The notes beneath the pieces are model-generated. The model was not told the origin of the DNA and did no database searches. It was given only the letters and a program-made list of their open reading frames with translations. This document shows, one piece after another, positions 12,429 through 22,374 of a DNA stretch of 64,000 nt. Made by a program: the position numbers and the translations under genes. Position 1 is the stretch's first letter; every line of letters begins with the position of its first letter. Source of the DNA: Octopus vulgaris (Eukaryota); the NCBI GenBank assembly GCA_951406725.2, contig OX597814.1:161696001-161760000 (forward strand). The letters are read 5' to 3'.

Positions 12429-12943
12429 CTAGATGTAATATTTGTTTCTCTCTATCACGCTGATAGATACATGAGTAAAATGTATGGGAAGCTAACAGAT
12501 AACAGTGAGTGAAAATGTTCTTGGAAGAGAGTAAATTAGCGACAGAGTGATTTGAGGAAGACTAAACTGAAAGTATGAAACAGTGTTTATGTATAAACAG
12601 ACGACACTTATATAAACCCTTTCGTTACCAAACCGCCCGAATTTACCTATTCATATTTAAATGAGAATATCAGAGTAAATCTCTTTAGTACATTCGTGAA
12701 AACACGTATTATACTTCGTAAACACTTCAAATACAGTTTTGTACAAAAATCGAAGTGTAATTTTAATTCCGTGAATTATGGGAGATTTTTTTCTGAAATT
12801 TGTTCCTATTATGTTTGCAAAATTTGTAATTCTGACGAAAAATGGATACGAATTTCATTATATCAAGCAGCGAGTCAGAATTCGAAGGATTTTCTACTGA
12901 AGACCTTCATAAATCTAACTCTATGACTGAAAAAAAAAAAGCA

Positions 12944-13338
12944 TCTTTATATAAGAGTGAAGTTGTGTGTCTGTCCCCTTCGATTTAGATTCGTAACTAC
13001 TCCCACATTTTGCGGTGCAGTTTAACCAAAAGCGGGTATCTTATAGTCGTGATTCATATCGAGCCCTTCTGGGTATTAGCGCGCGTCTACGATGAGTCTA
13101 CGATTTTAAAAAAATTTACCATCATATTTTTCCATTTTAATGCATTTTTTTCGCTTTTATATAAGGGAAGTAACTCTCTAAAAATATCTACGATGTGTCA
13201 ACGATTTAAAAAAAATTTACCATAATTTTTTTTCAATTTTTAATGCATTTTTTTGCTATTTTTTGGCTATAACTCTCTAAAAATGCTTATATAGTTATTT
13301 CCCTTACAACGCCGAGCAACGCCGGGCGATACTGCTAG
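12944..13338 (+). mobile_element. Non-autonomous Helitron, same family as 10214-10607
   Basis: A|TCtttatataagagtgaag ... gccgagcaacgccgggcgatactgCTAG|T. It has an internal ~100-bp-period duplication (tctacgatg...aaatttaccat...aatgcattt). Confidence 0.9.
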
Positions 13339-13605
13339 TAAGAGATATAAGTAGTATCTTTTAAGTTAATTCAATGCTATTTCTGACAATTCAAAAAATA
13401 GCATTCTCGACTATATTTGACAATGTTTTATTTATTAAATTATACCTCTTCTAGTATTGAGTACTTTCTAACTCTCATCATATGTCTTTTCATTATATAG
13501 TTACTTTTATGACCTCACACACACACACACACACACAAATATATATATGTGTATGTGTGTTTATATATATATATAATAAATAATATATAATATACATATA
13601 TATAT

Positions 13606-13760
13606 ATGGCTTGGCTGTGTGGTTAGGGAGCTTGCTTCCTAGCTACATGGTTTCAGGTTCAGTCCCACTGCGTGGCACTTTGGGTAGGTGTCTTCCACTA
13701 TAGCCTCGAGCCGACCGGAGCTTTGTGATTGAATTCGGTAGGTGGAAGTTACTGCCGTGT
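13606..13760 (+). mobile_element. SINE 5' head (tRNA-derived)
   Basis: tggctgtgtggttagggagcttgcttcc...ggttcagtcccactgcgtggcactttggg, with A-box-like and B-box-like motifs. Confidence 0.8.
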
Positions 13761-13806
13761 GTGTATGTGTGCGTATAGCTGCTCAGTGCCTCTCCGAAAG
13801 AGAGAG

Positions 13807-13848
<42 letters not shown>

Positions 13849-14075
13849 TGAGGGAGATAAATTAATATTAATTTTAATATCAATTTAAAATCAGAGAAAA
13901 TTCTAATATATGTGTATATTGGCAGAGCAAGACTGCTAGGTAGTCGGCCGTATGCTAGAAATAGATCATCAACAATCAAACTATAAAGAAAGTTCTCTAG
14001 AGGAAAAATTCAGCGAACACCAGAACCAATTTTGGCGGGCAGGACAGATGAAAATTTATATAAAAAACAGAATTA

Positions 14076-14152
14076 ATTGCATACCTCGGTTTCGGCCTTT
14101 AACAAAAGAATTACTTACAAAATTCAAGTGTCCGTGGCCTCATCAGTACAAT
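14076..14152 (-). ncRNA. Type-I hammerhead ribozyme, canonical core
   Basis: Minus strand: attgta CTGATGA ggcc..loop..ggcc GAAAC cgag GTA tgcaat. Stem I has 6 bp with one G-U, and the cleavage triplet is GUA. Confidence 0.82.
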
Positions 14153-14390
14153 CGTTCAGTGTAGATGCAATCTGAAAAACTAACCCCAGCTTTCTGTGCC
14201 AAAACAGACACGTGTTTAGTTTTACCGATTACATTAGGTATAAAATTTCAAATGTCTTAGTTCCGGCGCACTAAAGAATTCCTGAAGCGAAGGACTGCAG
14301 TAAATAATTCACTGCGGTTAGTGCTTGCTACTAGAGAACGTATTTATTTCAATATTTAAATAATGAGGGAGATAAATTAATATTAATTTT

Positions 14391-14582
14391 CTGTGTGGTA
14401 AGTAGCTTGCTAACCAACCACATGGTTCCGGGTTCAGTCCCACTGTGTGGCATCTTGGGCAAGTGTCTTCTGCTATAGCCCCGGGCCGACCAATGCCTTG
14501 TGAGTGGATTTGGTAGACGGAAACTGAAAGAAGCCTGTCGTATATATGTATGTATATATATATATATGTGTATATATGTGTG

Positions 14583-14623
<41 letters not shown>

Positions 14624-14840
14624 ATTTGTGTGTCTGTGTTTGTCCCCCTAGCATTGCTTGACAACCGATGCTGGTGTGTTTACGTCCCCGTAACTTAGCG
14701 GTTCAGCAAAAGAGACCGATAGAATAAGTACTGGGCTTACAAAGAATAAGTCCCGGTGTCGATTTGCTCGACTAAAGGCGGTGCTCCAGCATGGCCGCAG
14801 TCAAATGACTGAAACAAGTAAAAGAGTAAAAGAGAGAGAG
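14391..14840 (+). mobile_element. Young tRNA-derived SINE with CR1-type tail
   Basis: Head ctgtgtggtaagtagcttgc..ggttcagtcccact, internal (TA)/(TG) microsatellite, tail ggcggtgctccagcatggccgcagtcaaatgactgaaac plus (gtaaaaga)n. Very similar to 52115-52528. Confidence 0.92.
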
Positions 14841-14878
14841 AATATCAATTTAAAACCAGTAGTTTAATCGTTGATGAC

Positions 14879-14916
<38 letters not shown>

Positions 14917-14924
14917 CATACATA

Positions 14925-15682
14925 TGTACATGCATATATGGGCACAGGATGTCACCAACAGTGCAAATAACATGAAATATATAAACAAATGAGGGGAAAA
15001 TGAGTAAAATACATAAACAAGAAAAAATGGAAAATAGGACAAGTAAACACAGAGAAAGGACCCTTCATCAGATGTCAGCTGTCCATCTATTTCTCATTTC
15101 AAGTATTCAATGACAATATGTGTCTTCAAAGACAGTTGCTCCCAAAAATTCTAAAACAAAACTTAGGATTTGTGGAGGGTCAAAGTTGGGAACAAAAAAA
15201 TGAGTGGAGATATACAAGGAAAATGAAAACAAACTTGGAGGGTTGTTAGACAAGAATGAGAGAAAAATAGTGAATGCTGGAATAAATATTTTTTTGGAAA
15301 GAGAAAAGACAGAAGAGAGAGAGAAAAACACATCTGTTTTTTTTTTTAACGTCCGTGCAGGAAAAGAAAGATGGTCAACTTCAGTTTCTTTGTATGTCTC
15401 CAGTGTCATTTTTTGGTTCCCAATTTTGACCCTCCATGAATCCTAAATTTTATTGCTGAATTTATGGGAGCATTGTCTTTGAAGACTCATATTGTTGTTA
15501 AATGCTCAAAATGAGTAGACAGACAGCCAACAACTGATGAAGGGTCCTTTCTCTGTGTTTACTTGTCCTGTTTTCCGATTTTTTCTTGTTTACACATTTT
15601 ACTTGTTTTTCTCTCATTTATTTATGTATTTCACATTATTTGCACTGTTGGTGACGCCCTGTACCCATATATGCATGTATAT
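14925..15682. repeat. Diverged fold-back inverted repeat (~300-bp arms) between (TA)n tracts
   Basis: 14925-15227 matches the reverse complement of 15380-15682 (e.g. gagaaaggacccttcatcag / ctgatgaagggtcctttctc). Confidence 0.88.
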
Positions 15683-15741
15683 ATATATATATTATATATA
15701 TTATTATTTAATTGAACGCGGTGCATCCATTTCCAAGTAAG

Positions 15742-16056
15742 TATCATCACCGTCATTTAACGCCTGCTTTCCATGCTGGCATGGGTTGGATGGTTTGAGT
15801 AAAATGCTGGCAAGTCAGAAGGCTGCACCAGGCTTCAATCTGAACTGGCAAAGTTTCTACAGCCGGATGCTCTTCCTAACGCCGACCACTCTGAGAGTGT
15901 AGTTGATGCCTTTTACATACCACCAACATGAGGGCCAGTCAGGTGGTACTGGCATTGACCATGCTTGAATAGTGCTTTTTACATGCCACTGACACAGGAG
16001 CCAATCAGGTGATACTGGCATCGACCACACTTGGATGGTGCTTTTTATGTGCCAAC
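15742..16056 (-). mobile_element. RTE LINE 3' UTR fragment
   Basis: catttaacgcctgctttccatgctggcatgggttggatgg...cttcctaacgccgaccactc plus three gtgcttttatgtgcca-type units. Confidence 0.85.
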
Positions 16057-16089
16057 ACACATACATGAACATAGAGATAAAGACAGTTG

Positions 16090-16900
16090 ACAAAGGCTTC
16101 AATTTTGCCATAACAGCTTGTTCAATTGTTTGAATAACCCATTAGGGCAAAACTTGTAGTCCCAGTCAACTCAAAATAATTGATGTGCATTGCAATGTTT
16201 TCTTGCTGTATGCCCATAGTAAGTTGCCAGGACATTGCATATATGTATGGCCTAAAATTTGTAAATCACATTGACCGTTAATAGATTCTCCATGGTTTTA
16301 CATATTTGTGCCTTATTATTGATTTTTAGGTCTTTTATTTTAATGTTTTAAGTATAAATGCATTTTGTGTTCCTGATTTTTTTTTTTTTTTGAGATTTTA
16401 CTAATGTTTTTATCTATTCTATAGTTAGATGAAAACATTTTATTATAGATAATGGTTTCATCTATTTTATAGTATTTTATCTATTCTGTAGTTGTACAAC
16501 ACTTTATGTGGTTTGCATATCTTTAACAGGCATAGTAGCTGAGATATTTACAGTGTTGAATTTGAATTCTGTATTGCTGTGTAACTAGCTCTAATACATG
16601 TTGTTTATTAATGTTTTGTTTTATTCTATAGATTTCATTATCTAGTGATTTGTTTCGTATAAGAGAATCAAATTGCTCTTCTAAGTAGGGATTTTACTAA
16701 TGATATTTTACATCTGTGTAGATATTCTGTCTCCATATGAGTACATGCATTCATCTGAATCTTTTGTGTAAATGGATGTCATATATTTCCTATTGTCTCT
16801 CTGAATATCTATGTCTAAAAACAGAGTCATTGTACTGCCAAGAGTTTTATTTGTATTTATGTATTTTAGTATGTTGTTTTCTGGATTTGCATCTTCCAGT
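16090..16900 (-). mobile_element. Penelope-like element relic (RT C-terminus plus GIY-YIG)
   Basis: LFLDIDIQ..YMTSIYTKDS (FLDI..T.VY.K), then SLLRRA, then NVIYKF...C...YYGHTAR. Confidence 0.7.
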
Positions 16901-17448
16901 CTATACCTATTGTGACAAGTATACTGTCTGCACACCTGGTGTATAGTATAAGTTTATGTCATGGTACCACTTTGTTTTCTATTGTGGTCACACACACACA
17001 CTCTCTCTCTCTCACACACACACACATACACACACCTATATGCACACTTATGATACAACATATAAAAAAAGCAGTCTACATAAAAAAACATTAGTAAACA
17101 ACATATTATACTCCACAACATTCCCTATAGAAATACATGATTAATGATAGCAGCAATATATATATATAGCACAACACAATGCTAAACAAATATAAAATGC
17201 ACTAACAACAATAAAAAACACCTGTTTCACTGATCACATAAACCCAATGTTCAAAATTTCAAACTTGGTGGTTGTCTACACCAGTCACATTGGATTTACC
17301 TATGATAAAGAGGTAGTAATGCAGGCCAACATGCAGAAGTCAAGACATTGAAGATTTACATAAGTATTTTAATGTATGCCTAAAAGAAACGCTGTTCCCA
17401 ATATTTACAAACATATATACATATTACACATGTACACGCACATATATG

Positions 17449-17492
<44 letters not shown>

Positions 17493-17658
17493 TGTGTGTA
17501 AACATAATGATGCAAAACATTTTAAGTTTCCACCAGTGTATGTATGTATACATATATATATATATGCATGTGTGCGTATGTGTGCACATGCGTGTATGTA
17601 TGTATGTATGTATGTATGTATGTATGTATGTATGTATGTATGTATGTATGTATGTATG

Positions 17659-17696
<38 letters not shown>

Positions 17697-17705
17697 AGAT
17701 AAGAA

Positions 17706-17858
17706 AATATAACTCAGTCTACATATATACCCACATGGGTGTGATATTTTTATATGTATAGGAGTGTGAGTATATGCACTCATATGTATATATATATATG
17801 TTGTATCGTGGGTACGCACCCACACCCATGTGGGTATATATGTAGACTGAGTTATATT
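17706..17858. repeat. Inverted repeat (38-bp perfect arms) directly upstream of a hammerhead motif
   Basis: aatataactcagtctacatatatacccacatgggtgtg ... cacacccatgtgggtatatatgtagactgagttatatt. Confidence 0.92.
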
Positions 17859-17863
17859 ACATA

Positions 17864-17990
17864 ATCTCCGAAGAGGCCTTGCGATATTTTTGTAAATGTC
17901 TCATTTAAATCTATATATTGACCAACCATAAAGGGCTAATATTGGTAAAATGAGACATACTTATCGACATGGCCGAAACAGCTGTAAGAT
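17864..17990 (+). ncRNA. Type-I hammerhead ribozyme motif, U4C core, long stem II
   Basis: atct CCGAAGA ggcc..extended hairpin..ggcc GAAAC agct GTA agat. Confidence 0.75.
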
Positions 17991-18409
17991 CTAATTTATA
18001 CTTATATTTATATTTACTTGTATTTATATTCCCTTTTATATATATTCTACTTATTATACAACATTACTCTTTTATGTACACTTTTTTATGTACATTCCTT
18101 TATGTACACTGATTTGTCCTGCTTTTTATATTTAACCCCACAATCTCTTATGTGGTGGTTTAATAAAGTATGTGATTGAGTATTAACTGGTAATTGATAT
18201 TTGATTTAGATGTATTTCTCCATTTTTTTATCTTGTATTAGTAATTTGTGGTAAATCATTTTACCTTTGCCCATATAATACAGTAAATGAATTGATTGCA
18301 TCGCAATCATTAACATTTATGTATTAACTTTGTTGGGTACTTCACTAGCAGTATATTGGATATATGTTATCCCATAGAGGGTTGCATTTACAACCCCTAT
18401 CTCAATTTG

Positions 18410-18478
<69 letters not shown>

Positions 18479-18494
18479 AAACACGTGTTTATTA

Positions 18495-18700
18495 GGCACA
18501 GGCATGGCTGTGTGGATATAGAGTTCACTTCATAAATACTTGGCTTCAGGTTCTATCCAACTGCATGGCATCTTAGGCTAATATCATATACTATAACTAA
18601 AGGGTGACCTAGCACTTGTGAGGAAAATTACTCAGAAACTATATGGAAGCCTTTCAGAGAGTGTGTGTGTGTGTGTGTGCGCATGTTTGTGATTATGTTT
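18495..18700 (+). mobile_element. Old SINE 5' head
   Basis: ggcacaggcatggctgtgtgg...caggttctatccaactgcatggcatcttagg. Confidence 0.7.
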
Positions 18701-18940
18701 GTATATGTGTATGAAGGTCTACAATTCATGTCTTTGTATAATGCTATCAGCCCAAAATGGTGATGTCATATTTGTATTCTCTGTAAACAATACATTTTAT
18801 AGTTTTATCTTTACTCAAACAACAGATAAGAGTTGACAATGGGAAGTGCATCAATGCATAAAATTCTGCCACAATAACTCTCCATCCAACCAATACCAAC
18901 ATGGTGAAAAAAATGGATATACAATGAACAAATGAACACT

Positions 18941-18993
<53 letters not shown>

Positions 18994-19339
18994 TTACATT
19001 TTGTGTATACAGTCAGATGTGTGACTACTACTGTATGAGTTAGAGCTCCTCACAGGCTATCTTTATCCAGTCAGTTTTCCGCACAGTAGTTAGTCTATTG
19101 CTATACTTAGTAGTGTTATTAGCTATGATATGCAGAGCATATGTAAAAGAAAATAAAGATAAACATCAGTGTAAATATTCAGTTCCCACATACAACTACC
19201 CATTGCAGTTAAATGGAACTCAACATTAGATGTCTCAAGTGCATTTTGATGCCTAACTGCAATGGATCATCATCAGAACACTTTATTGCCTTCTGTTAAA
19301 GAGATCTAAAACAGCTATTAGAGACCTAATACAGATATA

Positions 19340-20000
19340 CAGGGGTTGAACAAAGTAATGGAAACACCTTAAAATTTCAAACAAATTAATTTTAATATAA
19401 GATAGGACCGCCTTTGGCAGTAATTACAGCTTGAATTCTATGAGGTATGGGCTCGTACAAAGATTGAATTATTTCCAAAGAAATTTTATCCGTTCTTCAG
19501 CTAAAACAGTCTCCAGTTCTTGTAGTGATGATGGTGGAGGATATTGACTCTTTACTTGCTTTTCTAAAATGCACCATAAATGTTCAATAATATTGAGATC
19601 TGAGGACTGTAGTAGCCAGATAAGATGTTCAACTTCACTAGAATGTTCCTCATGCCATTCAGTAGCAACTTTAGCTGTATGAATTGGTGCATTATCATCC
19701 TGAAAGATTACGTTTCCCTCCGAAAACAGTTCTGCAACCATAGGATGAGTTTGATCAGATAAAATGCTTAAACAGTCTTGACTATTAATTCTGCCATGAA
19801 GGGAAACCATTGGGCTGGCAGATTTCCAAGATATACCCCCCCCCCTCAGCTCATTACAGTTGGAAGAAGGCAGTCTGGGTCAAATATTTCTCATGGCTGT
19901 CCCCACACATATACTTGGCCAGTGGTTGGAAATAAGGTACAGGGTGACTCATCCAAGAAAACAACATTCTTCCACTGCTCTAGGGATCAATTCTTTTTCT
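19340..20000 (-). mobile_element. Tc1-family (DD34E) transposon, 3' half
   Basis: ORF 19469-19810 contains IFQDDNAPIHTAK and QSSDLNIIEHLW. The terminus is TA|caggggttgaacaaagtaatggaaacacc. Confidence 0.9.
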
Positions 20001-21156
20001 GATGATATAAAATGTATCCGTGGAAAGTCATATTTAACACATGTAAGTGCAATTTCCTCAAAGGAAGGTCTTCTCACATCTGAATGCACTCAAATGTGTT
20101 AAATATGACTTTAGAATATATATTCATGTACAACTGCATGGAATAGATAAAAATATTCAAAATATTTGGGGGTATGACAAATTGTGTAGGTTTTATTACA
20201 ACAAAAGAAATGTAACAGATATGGAATTTGACACTGAGAACAAAATCTAGAATCAAAATGCTGCGTGTGTTCTTGACTAAAAGTAAAATTATTAGGCTTC
20301 AACAATGAATGCCATATAATAAAAGTAACCTTTGATCTAATTTGTGGATAATTGGTATTTAGTGAAACGTGTAAATCAAACATTCACACTTGAAATAAAT
20401 GTTCGGGTCCAACTGCAATGGTAAAATAGGAAAACAGCTTCTATCTAAAATCCATATCCTGCAACTTCTGTAAAGGAAATTTTTATGTTCCCTTCCTAAA
20501 TCTTCAATGTATGATTGATAATTAGATAAGATATATTGTACATGTTGCAATATACAGCACAATGTGATAGGTGCAACAGAAGTAAACTTGCCTGCTTCAA
20601 GTCAAATCTGTGACCCACTTTTCATTACATTACATCCTACATTCTTACCTCTACATGCCATACATAGTATCCTTTTATTATTCTGCACAATGACATGAAC
20701 TGGCTAATGGTGTTAAGTTCCTGCCAAATCAATGCTTTACAGTATTTAGCTGCTTTAAAGTCTCTAATTTGGTATCTCCAGTTTTATGTTAAGATCACAC
20801 CAAGGAACCTTTGTCTTTCATTTCTCTAAAGTTACAAAAATATGAACGCATACACTGAAATAATATTACTTCACAAGATCCCATCATCATTATCAAAACT
20901 GACCTTCTGCCTCCTAGTAAAATAGTTATTGGCAGATTTCATTCATGTTCTTGCGAAAGTCATGAATGACATAATGTTTTATTTTCCTGTGTGTGATCAC
21001 ATGCCAAACGGAAGATATTTTCTATTATTATAAAAAAAGAAAAAAATTGAATGAATATGGCCATTGGTTAGGTATTGATCAATGGCGAATAATAATATTA
21101 AGGATGATGTGAAGCAGAAATAAAGTAAACACAAAGTTAAAACAAAACAGAAAATA

Positions 21157-21212
21157 AAAGGAAATGATCAAGAAGTGATATATAAAATATATAAAAGAAT
21201 ATAAGGAAATGA

Positions 21213-21246
<34 letters not shown>

Positions 21247-21342
21247 ATTTATTCATTTTCCTTATATTCTTTTATATATTTTATATATCACTTCTTGATC
21301 ATTTCCTTTATATATATATATATATCACTTCTTGATCATTTC

Positions 21343-21345
<3 letters not shown>
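21157..21345. repeat. Short fold-back around a (TA)n core, with an extra partial copy
   Basis: aaaggaaatgatcaagaagtgatatataaaatatataaaagaatataaggaaa and its reverse complement at ~21257-21309. tatcacttcttgatcatttccttt recurs up to 21345. Confidence 0.9.
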
Positions 21346-21402
<57 letters not shown>

Positions 21403-21407
21403 GTATA

Positions 21408-21451
<44 letters not shown>

Positions 21452-21508
21452 CACACATATCATCATCGTTTAATGCTGGATATATGCATGTGTATATATA
21501 TATATATA

Positions 21509-22370
21509 TGTTGGACCTAAGGAGCATCAGTTGTGGTGTGCAAGAGAGACGATTGCGCTGGTATGGCCATGTGGCGAGAATGGATGAAGATAGGTGTGTG
21601 AAAAAGTGCCAATCCCTAGCAGTGGAGGGAACCCGTGGAAGAGGTAGACCCAGGAAAACTTGGGACGAGGTGGTGAAGCACGACCTTCAAACTTTAGGTC
21701 TCACTGAGGAAATGACCAGCGACCGAGACCTTTGGAAATATGCTGTGCGTGAAAAGACCAGGCAGGACAAGTGAGTCCAGCCCACTTATGCATGCCTTTC
21801 CTCCCTTGGACACACAAAGACCTGTTGAGGCAAGCGAAGTCGATATCGAACCTCATCCGACGACAGGCACCTATGCCAACCCCCCTTTGCTTGCGAAGAC
21901 CTGTTGGGGCAAATGAAATCGGAATCGAAATTGAACCAATCCTATGACTGGCACCCGGCAGATGCCAGGACCCCTGGACTGGAGATACGTAAAAAGCACT
22001 ATCCGAATCGTGGCTGATGCCAGCGCCGCCTCGACTGGCTTCTGTGTCAGTGGCATGTAAAACGCACCATCCGAATTGTGGCCGAAGCCAGTGCCGCCTC
22101 GACTGGCTTCCGTGCAGGTGGCACGTAAAATGCACCAATCTGACCGTGGCCGATGCCAGCCTCACCTGGCACCAGTGCAGGTGGCACGTAAAAAGCACCC
22201 ACTACACTCGCACAGTGGTTGGCATTAGGAACGGCATCCAGCTGTAGTAACATTGCCAGATAAGACCGGAGCCTGGTGCAGCCTTCTGGCTTACCAGATC
22301 CCCGGTTGAACCGTCCAACCCATGCTAGCATGGAGAACGGACGTTAAACGATGATGATGATGATGATGAT
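21509..22370 (+). mobile_element. 5'-truncated RTE LINE (ORF C-terminus, 3' UTR, (GAT)n tail) inserted in (TA)n
   Basis: [21 protein letters not shown]...[20 protein letters not shown], stop at 21774, UTR tandem units, and end ggacgttaaacgatgatgatg. Confidence 0.93.
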
Positions 22371-22374
22371 ATAG

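Larger units (their letters stand above)
13843..14882 (-). mobile_element. Non-coding hammerhead-bearing element with terminal direct repeat (515-bp period), interrupted by a SINE; PLE-pLTR/retrozyme-like
   Basis: aaataatgagggagataaattaatattaatttt occurs at 13843 and 14358 and continues after the SINE at 14841 (aatatcaatttaaaa). (TA)n lies on both flanks. Confidence 0.7.

Noticed and set aside
13606-13690. tRNA genes suggested by A-box and B-box motifs
   Set aside because: These are tRNA-derived SINE heads. They have no complete cloverleaf and continue into SINE bodies.
19158-19278. Possible minus-strand C/D box snoRNA (TGATGA...CTGA)
   Set aside because: There is no convincing terminal stem and no guide I can recognise. 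A decayed repeat explains it better.
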